Source: an uncultured Vicinamibacteraceae bacterium (GTDB lineage: Bacteria; Acidobacteriota; Vicinamibacteria; Vicinamibacterales; UBA8438). From it: a DNA stretch of 64,000 nt. The stretch's first letter is position 1, and every line of letters begins with the position of its first letter. The notes below the pieces were generated by a model. That model was not told where the DNA came from and ran no database searches. It was given only the letters and a program-made list of their open reading frames with translations. Location of the stretch: contig CAZUZW010000003.1 of NCBI GenBank assembly GCA_964624855.1, forward strand, positions 18,883-82,882, given 5' to 3'. The position numbers and the translations under genes are program-made. Shown one piece after another: positions 19,216-28,673 of the stretch.

Positions 19216-20307
19216 ATGCTGGATCGGCTCGCCGCGAGTGGGCTTCAAGAGATTAAATTAAAGCTTGACGACGGGATCCGCCTGAGTCTGGCGGACGGAG
19301 TCCGCCTCTTTGAATGTCCGGACTTACTGGCTGTTGGCTGGTTAGCGAACCGTGAACGTGAGCGGCGGTATGGCGCCCAGACTTTTTTCAATCATAACCT
19401 TCGTCTCGAAGCTACTAATGTCTGTGTAGCGAGTTGTCTGTTCTGTTCTTTTGCTCGGCTGCAACCAGGTGATTCTGGAGCCTACACAATGTCGCTCGAG
19501 CAGGCATGGCAGAAGCTTCGAGATCGCGGTGACCAGGCCTTGACAGAAGTACATGTTGTCAATGGTTTACACCCGGACCTACCTTTTGACTACTACACCA
19601 AATTGCTCAAAGGCTTTAAGGACATTCGGCCTGATATCCATCTGAAATGTTTTACAGCAGTTGAAATTGCGTTCTTTGCCGATCTCTATGGTAAGACTGA
19701 CGAACAGGTATTACTTGAGTTGATAGATGCGGGGCTTGATTCATTGCCCGGTGGTGGCGCGGAGGTTTTTTCTGAAAGAGTTCGCCAAAAGATCTGCCAC
19801 GACAAATGTGGGACGACGCGGTGGCTTGGAATCCATGCGACGGCTCACCGTCTTGGCATGAAATCAAACGTCACGATGCTCTATGGGCACATTGAGACGG
19901 TTGAAGAGCGTGTGGATCATATGCTGCGGGCTCGCGCATTGCAGGATGAGACTGGTGGGTTTCAGGCATTTATTCCTTTGGCGTTTCACCCTGAGAATAA
20001 TCAGATGAAGAAGTTGCCGGCGCCAACGGCAATTGATTCATTGCGTGTCCATGCGGTCGCCAGATTGATGCTTGACAATATTCCCCACGTAAAAGCTTTT
20101 TGGATTGCTACGGGTTTAGAAGTTGCACAAACGTCTCTCTGGTTCGGTGTTGATGATCTAGATGGCACTGTCCAAGAGGAACGGATATACCACATGGCAG
20201 GTGCGTCAACGCCAGAAGCAATGACGCCGGAACAAATCGGTGTTCTGATCTGTGATGCCGGGCGTCAACCCATCGAACGGGACACCCTATATAACGTGGT
20301 GTCCTGA
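19216..20307 (+). CDS. mqnE: Aminodeoxyfutalosine synthase, radical SAM (CofH/MqnC/MqnE family)
   Basis: TNVCVASCLFC, GLHPDLP, FTAVEI, PGGGAE, QDETGGFQAFIPL, HVKAFW, EERIYHMAG. Confidence 0.88.
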   Translation: MLDRLAASGLQEIKLKLDDGIRLSLADGVRLFECPDLLAVGWLANRERERRYGAQTFFNHNLRLEATNVCVASCLFCSFARLQPGDSGAYTMSLEQAWQKLRDRGDQALTEVHVVNGLHPDLPFDYYTKLLKGFKDIRPDIHLKCFTAVEIAFFADLYGKTDEQVLLELIDAGLDSLPGGGAEVFSERVRQKICHDKCGTTRWLGIHATAHRLGMKSNVTMLYGHIETVEERVDHMLRARALQDETGGFQAFIPLAFHPENNQMKKLPAPTAIDSLRVHAVARLMLDNIPHVKAFWIATGLEVAQTSLWFGVDDLDGTVQEERIYHMAGASTPEAMTPEQIGVLICDAGRQPIERDTLYNVVS

Positions 20308-20355
20308 CCGTTTGAAACAGCGCGGAATCGTTTCTAAGCGTGGTAGACTAGCTCT

Positions 20356-20409
20356 AGGTCAGGTCGCTCCCGGCCTTGTTCAAGAAGCCGGGTGAGATTT
20401 GACCTTTTT
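20356..20409 (+). terminator. Long hairpin plus U-tract in the mqnE-nadA spacer (terminator or attenuator)
   Basis: AGGTCAGGTC pairs with GATTTGACCT and CCCGGC pairs with GCCGGG, followed by TTTT. Confidence 0.5.
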
Positions 20410-20447
20410 AGTGTCCACTGCTTGAGAAAAGTTTCACAATATTTGCC

Positions 20448-21578
20448 ATGAGTGTGAACTTGTTGACTGATTACGAGAAGCTGCACATTGAGGAGCGGCA
20501 ATCATTGCCCGATGCCTACCTAGGGTTGCCGGATGACGAAATGCGCAGCAGAATCGCCGCGGCTCGTAAGGTACTTGGACAACGATTATTGATTCTCGGT
20601 CATCACTATCAGCGTGACGAAGTGATTGAATTTGCCGACCACACCGGAGATTCGTTCAAATTGTCCAGACAGGCTGCGGCTCAGCGGGACGCCGAGTATA
20701 TTGTTTTTTGCGGTGTTCACTTTATGGCTGAGAGTGCAGATGTGCTCAGCGGTCAAGACCAGCAGGTTATTCTTCCCGATTTAGCCGCCGGATGTTCCAT
20801 GGCCGACATGGCGGCGTCGGACCAGTTGGAGGTTTGCTGGTCTGAATTGGAGACAATGGGCGCCCATCGGGTGATACCTGTTACCTATATCAATTCAGCT
20901 GCGTCGATTAAGGCGTTCTGTGGAGAGCGAGATGGTGTTGTTTGCACCTCAAGTAACGCAGATGCGACGCTGCAATGGGCTTGGGAACGTGGCGACCAGA
21001 TTCTTTTTCTACCTGACCAGCATCTGGGTAGAAACACCGCCTATGCCATGGGTGTTCCGTTAGACCAGATGGTCGTTTGGGATCCAGATATCCCATTTGG
21101 TGGAGTGGATCCTGAAGCATTGAGGCGAGCGAGAATGATTCTTTGGAAGGGTCACTGCTCGGTTCATACGAAATTTAACGTACAGCAAGTGAACTCCGTG
21201 AGGCAACGTCATCCAAATGTTCGGGTTATTGTTCACCCCGAATGTACTTGGGACGTCGTACAGGCGGCGGATGATTCTGGGTCGACCGAATACATCATCC
21301 GACAGATCCACGACAGCCCGGAAGGCTCTGTCTGGGCGGTGGGCACAGAAGTTCATCTGGTGAGTCGGTTAGCAGAGACTCTGGCTCCTGATCGGACGGT
21401 GCTGACGTTGGATCCAATTGGCTGCCTATGTTCGACGATGTTCCGGGTGTCGCCCAATCATCTTCTGTGGGTGCTTGAAGGTCTGCTCGAAGGTGAGGTG
21501 CGTAATCAGATCATTGTGTCCGACCGTGAGAAGCGATGGACTCGTGTCGCGCTCGACCGAATGCTTAGCATCCACTAA
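20448..21578 (+). CDS. nadA: Quinolinate synthase
   Basis: GHHYQ, GDSFKLS, FCGVHFMAE, GCSMA, CTSSNA, PDQHLG, CSVH, HPEC, GSTE. Confidence 0.96.
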   Translation: MSVNLLTDYEKLHIEERQSLPDAYLGLPDDEMRSRIAAARKVLGQRLLILGHHYQRDEVIEFADHTGDSFKLSRQAAAQRDAEYIVFCGVHFMAESADVLSGQDQQVILPDLAAGCSMADMAASDQLEVCWSELETMGAHRVIPVTYINSAASIKAFCGERDGVVCTSSNADATLQWAWERGDQILFLPDQHLGRNTAYAMGVPLDQMVVWDPDIPFGGVDPEALRRARMILWKGHCSVHTKFNVQQVNSVRQRHPNVRVIVHPECTWDVVQAADDSGSTEYIIRQIHDSPEGSVWAVGTEVHLVSRLAETLAPDRTVLTLDPIGCLCSTMFRVSPNHLLWVLEGLLEGEVRNQIIVSDREKRWTRVALDRMLSIH

Positions 21579-21671
21579 ACTGTCGTCTTTCTAGCGTGGT
21601 TCTAGACCGATGGGATTTAGACTGTAGCGTTAGAGATTAAGTTCCGTTGTCCTCGAAAGGAGAAATCATCC

Positions 21672-22271
21672 ATGGCCTATGAATTGCCGCTGTTGCCCTA
21701 TGATTACAATGCTCTTGAACCGCACATTGATGAACAGACGATGCGGATTCATCATGACAAACACCATGCGACGTACATCGCGAAACTTAACGCGGCGCTC
21801 GAGGGCCATGATGACCTAGCGGCTAAAAATATCGATCAATTGGTTTCTGATCTTGGAAGTGTTCCCGAAGCGATTCGAGGTGCTGTGCGGAACAATGGTG
21901 GTGGCCACGCAAACCACGCTATGTTCTGGCAGTTGATGGCGCCGTCTGGTGGCGGGTCCCCAACCGGAAAGGTGGCTGAAGTAATCACCAGTGTATTTGG
22001 ATCGTATGAGGCCTTCACAGAACAGTTTGCTACCGCCGCGGCTACCAGGTTCGGAAGTGGCTGGGCGTGGCTAGTCGACGGGGGTGATACTTTGAGTGTT
22101 GAAAGTACCCCAAATCAGGATACGCCCTTGATGGAAGGGAAGAAACCAATTCTAGGGATTGACGTATGGGAGCATGCCTACTATCTGAACTATCAGAACC
22201 GGCGTCCTGACTACGTGAAAGCTTGGCTCAACGTAATCAATTGGGATGAGGTAAATCGACGTCTGGGCTAA
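21672..22271 (+). CDS. sodA: Superoxide dismutase, probably Mn type
   Basis: [39 protein letters not shown] and QD residues are typical of Mn-SOD. Confidence 0.93.
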   Translation: MAYELPLLPYDYNALEPHIDEQTMRIHHDKHHATYIAKLNAALEGHDDLAAKNIDQLVSDLGSVPEAIRGAVRNNGGGHANHAMFWQLMAPSGGGSPTGKVAEVITSVFGSYEAFTEQFATAAATRFGSGWAWLVDGGDTLSVESTPNQDTPLMEGKKPILGIDVWEHAYYLNYQNRRPDYVKAWLNVINWDEVNRRLG

Positions 22272-22310
22272 AGTTATCGGTAGCTGAGAAGTCGGAAATC
22301 TCGCAAGACA

Positions 22311-23111
22311 ATGTCCTCTGTCCTCTTTCTCTTCTTGGCGCATCTTGGGATTGGTATTGCTGCAACCCTTCTGATTGTTGCGAGTACAGCTGGCACGCAG
22401 TTCTTTCGGTTTAACGCCGGACTTGCTGCGGTGCTACTGTTGGTCGCGTTGGCCTTTCGACCCACCCCGGTCTCGGTTAATCTTCTAGAGTCGGCTGGGT
22501 TTACTGCTCTTATAGTGGCCACGGGTTCCCTGCTCGTCTACTGGGCGTCTTTTGGTCGAGGATTGGCTAGTTTAAGGCCGTGGCTCCTGTGGACGACAGT
22601 GGTTGTCGGTGGTCTGGCACTGGTGTTTCAGGGGATGGGTTTGTCCTCGGGACAGGTGCCGTCATTTGCGGCACTGACCGTGGTCAGCTTCCTTTCTTCC
22701 GCGGCGCTTTTGGGTGGAGCTTGTACCGCCATGATTCTCGGGCACTGGTATTTGGTCTTGCCGTCCATGAATGTCTCGTTGTTACAGTCGATGGTCAAAT
22801 TTCACATTGGATCGACTGTTGTCCGAACGGTAGTTGTGGTGACCGTAGTCGCGGTCGCGTTGTCTAGTTGGCAAGCACCGTCTGGGGCCGGGTACGGTCA
22901 GTATGCAGTTTCACTTGATGGCGTGTTTCTCTGGCAGCGTTTACTGTTTGGATTAGCTTCTCCCGCGGTATTGTCGTATTTGGTATGGCAAACGGCCAAG
23001 ATCCAGTCGACGCAGTCGGCCACCGGTATTTTGTATGTAGATTTCTTTACGGTTGTGGTTGGAGAAGTCTTAGCGAAATATCTGCTTTTGTCGACACAGG
23101 TTCCCGTATGA
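22311..23111 (+). CDS. Hypothetical polytopic membrane protein (GHWYL motif)
   Basis: About 8 hydrophobic helices; AMILGHWYL and TQSATGILY. Confidence 0.75.
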   Translation: MSSVLFLFLAHLGIGIAATLLIVASTAGTQFFRFNAGLAAVLLLVALAFRPTPVSVNLLESAGFTALIVATGSLLVYWASFGRGLASLRPWLLWTTVVVGGLALVFQGMGLSSGQVPSFAALTVVSFLSSAALLGGACTAMILGHWYLVLPSMNVSLLQSMVKFHIGSTVVRTVVVVTVVAVALSSWQAPSGAGYGQYAVSLDGVFLWQRLLFGLASPAVLSYLVWQTAKIQSTQSATGILYVDFFTVVVGEVLAKYLLLSTQVPV

Positions 23112-23128
23112 GCGGGGACTAGGATTGT

Positions 23129-23644
23129 ATGCGAGTCATTCTGAAATGTCCGGATTGCTCGGGCAAACTTCCATTCGACGCGGTTAATGCTCCCGATGCG
23201 GCAACTTGTGGGCGCTGCGGTCTTACGATCCCATTGGCTGTTTCTGAGACGATTCGAGGTGATCAGGCCGTCGATGTGTGTCCGGTATGCACAGGGTCTG
23301 ATTTCTATGTACGTCGGGATTTTGATCCGAACCGTGGCCTGTCGGTGATTATCATCATGATCTTGACCAGTATGGGGTTTTATTGGTTTGGACTTGATCT
23401 AATTGCTTACGCGGTTCTCGGTGTATTTGCTCTTCTTGATTTGCTCGTTTATCGCCGGCTGAAGGACGTCACGGTTTGCTACCGTTGTCACACGGTGTTC
23501 CGCGGTGCTTACAAGCCAAGTGCGCCAGTCTTCGATCTTGCCACGGCGGACGAACTTGAATTGGAATGGGCAAGAACGCTGGAAAAGCGGGCCAAGAATT
23601 CCGACAATCAAAATACAGAAATTGGCAAGCAGATTCGGGCTTGA
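23129..23644 (+). CDS. Hypothetical Cys-rich (zinc-ribbon) membrane protein
   Basis: Four CxxC motifs (CPDC, CGRC, CPVC, CYRC) around a two-helix hairpin. Confidence 0.75.
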   Translation: MRVILKCPDCSGKLPFDAVNAPDAATCGRCGLTIPLAVSETIRGDQAVDVCPVCTGSDFYVRRDFDPNRGLSVIIIMILTSMGFYWFGLDLIAYAVLGVFALLDLLVYRRLKDVTVCYRCHTVFRGAYKPSAPVFDLATADELELEWARTLEKRAKNSDNQNTEIGKQIRA

Positions 23645-23713
23645 AGTCCCGTCGTTTCTGGAATGCTTACTAGTGTTACGGACGTGGTTCCAGCTACCTC
23701 TATCCAGTAATTA

Positions 23714-24955
23714 CTAAAACAATTTCACCTCTACTGTTTCACCTTGTTCCACGATGTCGGTTTGCGCGCCAATCTCGATAAATCCGTCTGCCTGCGACAT
23801 GCTCGTGATGTCCCCAGATGCCTTGAAGGCGGCGACTGCTTTACCGTTTTCGATTCGTACCGTGAAAAATTGATGGCGGCCTGTTGTGGAGACAAACCGC
23901 TGGGCAGTACGAACCTCAATAATTCGCATCTGATTCGCAGGGAGATTCGCCATTTGCCGAAGCATTGGAATTAACAGCATGTACGCGTTGGAAAGGCACG
24001 AAGTGGGATAGCCAGGCATGCCAAGCACCGGTGTGCCATTAATGTGTCCAAAGATAGTTGGTTTACCTGGCTTGACGGCGATGCCGTGAAACACTACGGT
24101 GCCTTTCTGTTCAAGTACGTCAAGAGTAAGATCGTGCTCGCCAACAGAACTTCCACCAGAAAAAACGAGGATGTCACTGTCGAGACACGCGTCAACCGCT
24201 GCTGCCAAGGAAGGAAGTGTGTCGACAACTGTTGGGTAATTCATGGCTACACCACCATGTTCACGAATGACGGCTCCGAGCGTAAAACGATTAATGTCAT
24301 AAATTTGACCTGGGCCAAGAGGTTGACCGGGTTGAACGATTTCATTCCCGGTTGAAAGAATGGCCACATTGGGCCGATCAAATACGTCAACATTGGCGAG
24401 TCCGAGTGCTGCGAGTGATCCCAATCGACTTGGTGTCAAGATGTCTCCTGTATTCAGGATGACTTCACCATGTGAGATGTCAGCACCTCGTTGGCCAACA
24501 TGCTGGTTTGGATACACAGGAGTGAATACTTGGATGTCGCCGTCTGAAGTCCGAGCCGTTTCTTCGACCATGACGACAGCATTGGCCCCATCCGGCATGG
24601 GGGCGCCGGTTGCAATCTCCGTACAATCGCGTTGAGATAAAACTTTCGTCGGAACGTTTCCGGTGTGCACGGCTTCTACGCAACGTAAAAGTTGTGGCTT
24701 CTGTCGACTAGCACCAAAAGTATCTTCGGCCATCACTGCAAAACCATCCATTGCAGCGCGATTGAAAGGAGGAACATCCTGCGTTGCGGTGATGTTTGAT
24801 GACAATACACGTCGGTGAGCATCTGTCAGGGCGATGCGTGATGTTCTCGTGACTGGCAGTACGGAACTCAGAATCAGTTCCAGAGCTTCGGCGATTGGGA
24901 TAGTGTCCCGAATTGGTCGCATCTTGGTATCGGAATGTTGTTTTGAATGCGTCAT
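23714..24955 (-). CDS. moeA: Molybdopterin molybdotransferase MoeA
   Basis: PPFNRAAMDGFAV, IATGAPMP, STGNE, SGGSSVG, KPGKP, PGYPTS; start at 24955 or 24922. Confidence 0.94.
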   Translation of the reverse strand: MTHSKQHSDTKMRPIRDTIPIAEALELILSSVLPVTRTSRIALTDAHRRVLSSNITATQDVPPFNRAAMDGFAVMAEDTFGASRQKPQLLRCVEAVHTGNVPTKVLSQRDCTEIATGAPMPDGANAVVMVEETARTSDGDIQVFTPVYPNQHVGQRGADISHGEVILNTGDILTPSRLGSLAALGLANVDVFDRPNVAILSTGNEIVQPGQPLGPGQIYDINRFTLGAVIREHGGVAMNYPTVVDTLPSLAAAVDACLDSDILVFSGGSSVGEHDLTLDVLEQKGTVVFHGIAVKPGKPTIFGHINGTPVLGMPGYPTSCLSNAYMLLIPMLRQMANLPANQMRIIEVRTAQRFVSTTGRHQFFTVRIENGKAVAAFKASGDITSMSQADGFIEIGAQTDIVEQGETVEVKLF

Positions 24956-24962
24956 CGTTAAT

Positions 24963-25466
24963 TTAGCGTGAGACTTCTCTGACAAGATGTCCAAGTTCAG
25001 GAAGCACTAGTTTCGTCATTGCGAGACGGACTGCATTCTCCGATCCCGGAATACTGATGATGATCTTTCGACAAGCAGTCCCTGCTAACGCCCGAGTTAA
25101 CATGGCGGCGGTACCGACTTCCGCGTAACTCAAAGCTCGAAACAACTCTCCAAAACCGTCAATGCGCTTTTCGAGAATACCGCTAATGGCTTCATACGTC
25201 TGATCTCGCGAACTAATACCAGTGCCACCGGTAGTCAAAATGGCTTGGACGACGTCATTGGCTAATTGTGCTTGGACTGCCTCTCGGACTCGTTCGGGGT
25301 CATCGGGAATAATTGTCTTTCCCACTACGTCATGTCCCTTATCAGTCAAAAGATCCACGATAGTTCGTCCACCAGAGTCTGTGTCATTTGTGCGTGTGTC
25401 ACTTATCGTTAAAACGTAGCAGTGAACAATTTTTGGTGCTGCCTGCCGATGCGCTAGGTGACTCAT
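24963..25466 (-). CDS. moaB: Molybdopterin adenylyltransferase MoaB/MogA
   Basis: LTISD, IPDD, TTGGTG...DQT, GFGELFR, PGS. Confidence 0.92.
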   Translation of the reverse strand: MSHLAHRQAAPKIVHCYVLTISDTRTNDTDSGGRTIVDLLTDKGHDVVGKTIIPDDPERVREAVQAQLANDVVQAILTTGGTGISSRDQTYEAISGILEKRIDGFGELFRALSYAEVGTAAMLTRALAGTACRKIIISIPGSENAVRLAMTKLVLPELGHLVREVSR

Positions 25467-25534
25467 AGACCGATTATAGCCACTCTATAGGCTAAGGCCT
25501 CGTTTGAGACGGTGGTTGACTTGCGCCCATTGCG

Positions 25535-27394
25535 GTGAGCCCCTACTATCGAAGTGTGTCTAGGAGCCTGCGGAACCATTTAACGGCGGCGGCGTGGGTA
25601 ATAGCGCTTCTGGTCGCGTCGGTTGGCCTACGTTCTAATCCTGTCTCTGTGGCTCTTAACGAAGAGGCACGAGGTTGGGTCGACGACACGATCAGTGGGA
25701 TGAGCCTAGACGAGAAAGTTGGGCAGCTAATTGTGCCCTCATTTTTCTCAGAATTTGTCAGCAGTGATAGTGGTACCTACGACGATCTTGTCAAACTAGT
25801 GCATGAATTTCATGTGGGAGGCATGCTGGTTTTTGGCACGCCTCAGGCGCCGCCGGATGTACTTCTAAATCAAGCCTACACGCGAAACACACGCGGCCAA
25901 CCGTTAAATGCTGCCTCGTTAATAAATCGTCTTCAATCTATCTCCGCCGTACCGTTACTAGTGGCGGCCGATTTCGAAACTGGAATTGGCTTTCGTCTGA
26001 ACGGTGGCACGACCTTCCCGAGGGCGATGGCATTTGGAGCCACGGGTGACCCTCAACTCGCCTACGAAGCGGGCCGGATCACCGCCAGTGAGGCCAGGGC
26101 AATTGGTATTCATCTCAACTTGGCGCCGGTGGTCGACGTCAACAACAATCCAATGAATCCTGTTATCAACACACGGTCATTTGGAGAAGGTCCTCTCAAG
26201 GTTGCCGAACTCGCGAACGCCTATGTGTCTGGACTTAGAGATGGTGGCATGCTGGCGACACTGAAGCATTTTCCAGGGCATGGCGATACGGATGTTGATT
26301 CACATTATGGCTTGCCGCTTATCACTCACCCGCGTGACCGGTTAGATCAAATCGAGCTGAGACCTTTTCGTGAGGGTATCTCCTCCGGCGTCGACGCAGT
26401 GATGACTGCACATATTGCTTTACCGAGTCTTGAGCCTGCTGCGTCGACGCCAGCGACATTCAGTTCTCGCATCGTTCGGCAACTGTTGCGGGAGGAATTA
26501 GGGTTCGATGGCTTGATTTTGACGGATTCTTTACGAATGCGGGCGGTGACCGAACTGGCGACGCCCAGCGACGCCGGTCTTCGCGCGGTCCAAGCCGGCC
26601 ACGACCTAGTGTTGCACTCGCCGGATGAAGCTGGGGTATTTGAGAGTATCAAGGAAGCGGTGTTGGTCGGTACGATTGAGGAAAGTCAACTTGACGAGTC
26701 AGTGAAACGTATCCTCAGTGCAAAAGCGCGATTAGGGTTACATCGGTCCCGCTCGGTTAGTCTCGACACGCTGCCTTTGATTGTTGGGACTCGTAAAGCT
26801 TTGACCATAGCTGAAAAGATCAGTCAAGAATCCCTGACACTCATCAAAGATGACCAGCAAGATGTTCCACTTCGAATTCCACGGTCTGGTGACATTTTGT
26901 ATTTATCGGTCGTTGATCGTCCGTCTGGTTGGGGGGGGACGACTCCAAGCGCAGCATTTATCCCAGCACTTCGGCAGCGGTGGCCTAATGTGACGGCAGC
27001 GGAGCTCTCTAATCGAACTCCTGTGTCTGAAATAGAGCTCATTAGAGAAACTGCCGCACACTTTGATGCCGTTATTGTAGGAATGTTTGCACGCGCGTCG
27101 TCGCTCAACGGTCGTGTATACCTCTCTGACCAGTTGACCGCCATGCTGAAAAGAATTGCAAAGGAGTCGACGGAGATCGGACAGCCATTTGTCACGGTTA
27201 TGTTTGGAAATCCGTATGCAGTACTGACGCTCCGCGAACTTCCGTCAATTCTGTTGACGTATGACGTCGCTGACCTAGCCCAGGAATCAGTTGTACGGGC
27301 GATTTCTGGAGAACGTTCCATTAGGGGACGGTTGCCTGTTGCCTTAAGCGCGGAGTTTCAACTTGGTCACGGCCTGATACGGGAAGCTCCCTGA
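25535..27394 (+). CDS. Exported glycoside hydrolase family 3, beta-N-acetylglucosaminidase-like
   Basis: MSLDEKVGQL, ADFETG, APVVDV, KHFPGHGDTDVDSH (NagZ motif), ILTDSL; hydrophobic N-terminus. Confidence 0.9.
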   Translation: MSPYYRSVSRSLRNHLTAAAWVIALLVASVGLRSNPVSVALNEEARGWVDDTISGMSLDEKVGQLIVPSFFSEFVSSDSGTYDDLVKLVHEFHVGGMLVFGTPQAPPDVLLNQAYTRNTRGQPLNAASLINRLQSISAVPLLVAADFETGIGFRLNGGTTFPRAMAFGATGDPQLAYEAGRITASEARAIGIHLNLAPVVDVNNNPMNPVINTRSFGEGPLKVAELANAYVSGLRDGGMLATLKHFPGHGDTDVDSHYGLPLITHPRDRLDQIELRPFREGISSGVDAVMTAHIALPSLEPAASTPATFSSRIVRQLLREELGFDGLILTDSLRMRAVTELATPSDAGLRAVQAGHDLVLHSPDEAGVFESIKEAVLVGTIEESQLDESVKRILSAKARLGLHRSRSVSLDTLPLIVGTRKALTIAEKISQESLTLIKDDQQDVPLRIPRSGDILYLSVVDRPSGWGGTTPSAAFIPALRQRWPNVTAAELSNRTPVSEIELIRETAAHFDAVIVGMFARASSLNGRVYLSDQLTAMLKRIAKESTEIGQPFVTVMFGNPYAVLTLRELPSILLTYDVADLAQESVVRAISGERSIRGRLPVALSAEFQLGHGLIREAP

Positions 27395-27438
27395 TATAAT
27401 GCTTGTCTTCCGACTCGCCGTGAAGTACCGGCGACCGT

Positions 27439-27515
27439 GCGCCCTTAGCTCAGCTGGATAGAGCGTCTGGCTACGAACCAGGAGGCCGCAGGTTCGAGTC
27501 CTGCAGGGCGCGCCA
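27439..27515 (+). tRNA. tRNA-Arg (anticodon ACG)
   Basis: GCGCCCT acceptor pairs with AGGGCGC; D arm AGCTCAG..GGATAGAGC; anticodon loop CTACGAA; GGTTCGAGTCC; encoded CCA. Confidence 0.97.
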
Positions 27516-27653
27516 TTCTTCTTAATCAATTACGGAAACCGACTATTCGGCTCTGAATAAAAGGTCTTTAATTTTGTGAGTTGTCTTTCCCGCTGCTGTG
27601 CTGACGTTATCCAGCGCAGTGATTGCAGATTGTCATTACTAATCTACGTTTAC

Positions 27654-28673
27654 TCAAGGAGTGACGGTGACCACAATATCCGAGTCAACGTTCAAGGCGC
27701 CGTCGGATGCGAGGGCCCGCAGGACGTAGGTTCCGGGCTCGTGAAAGATAGCGTTTGCCCGCCAAGTGTCGTCCTCTGGTAACGCGGGCGTTTCCCAGAA
27801 ATTGGCCCAAGGCGAATTGGCGTGTGCGCGACTGTCCTCCCAGACTTTGGTCTGGAGCGGATCGAACGTCACTTTCCCTTCCCCGCGGTAGACATACCAA
27901 GAGAATCTCAGTCCGCGGGCACTGCCAGGAGTTGTTTGGGACGGTCTTCGCCAGAGCGGGTTGTCAAACGGGCTGTCCGGTGCTCCTGTGCTGGTTCGCC
28001 GACCTCGGCTCACTCTGCGCCGACGTGGTGCTGGAACACCGTCATCGGTCGCGACCGCGACCAATGTCAAGCGGTCACCCACGCGGACAGTCCGCTGCGA
28101 CGGTCCTTCGACCCTCAGCACCGGTGCTATGTTTGCGCGAATCGTTGGGTTGGAGGTGCCTGCACCGATCGCGCCCTGTTCGGATGCTCTAATAAGACCA
28201 TCTACCCGATAGTCGAGTGAAAGAGTTCCATGCGCGGTGATGGTCTCGCCGTGCGTTGTCAGGCTCCAGACCATCTCATCGTCGAGTCCATAACCCTCCG
28301 GTACCGGAACTCGAAACACGAATCGGTTACGTCTCGGCAGGAACCGGGTCGGTTGTCCTTGGTCAGCTGTCTCCTGGTCGAACGCGCCAACCTCTTGACC
28401 GGCTTGGACGGCCACTACGAAATTATCTGGACCGATCGGGACATTAGGTTCTTCCTCCCAATTTTCGTTCATATAACCGAATACGAAGAAGCGGGACCCA
28501 TCTTCGTCCACCTCCCATCCTTCGTACGCGGCATAAACCGCCTGTCCCGATCTGTACGAACCCTGCGCCATCAGCCCAGGTTGGGTCATCACAACTGCGA
28601 CAATCGCGAGCAACGCCGCCGCCATTCCCGATCGTTGCGTTATCCGACAAAATGTAACGCTCTTCAGAAGCAT
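27654..28673 (-). CDS. Exported hypothetical protein with Ig/PKD-like C-terminus
   Basis: Signal-like AAALLAIVAVV...MAQ; C-terminal FHEPGTYVLRALASDG beta strands; start abuts the stop of the upstream monooxygenase-like gene. Confidence 0.75.
   Translation of the reverse strand: MLLKSVTFCRITQRSGMAAALLAIVAVVMTQPGLMAQGSYRSGQAVYAAYEGWEVDEDGSRFFVFGYMNENWEEEPNVPIGPDNFVVAVQAGQEVGAFDQETADQGQPTRFLPRRNRFVFRVPVPEGYGLDDEMVWSLTTHGETITAHGTLSLDYRVDGLIRASEQGAIGAGTSNPTIRANIAPVLRVEGPSQRTVRVGDRLTLVAVATDDGVPAPRRRRVSRGRRTSTGAPDSPFDNPLWRRPSQTTPGSARGLRFSWYVYRGEGKVTFDPLQTKVWEDSRAHANSPWANFWETPALPEDDTWRANAIFHEPGTYVLRALASDGALNVDSDIVVTVTP

Noticed and set aside
23477..23491. CYRCH as a heme c motif
   Set aside because: One of four CxxC motifs in a protein without a signal peptide; zinc ribbon is more parsimonious.
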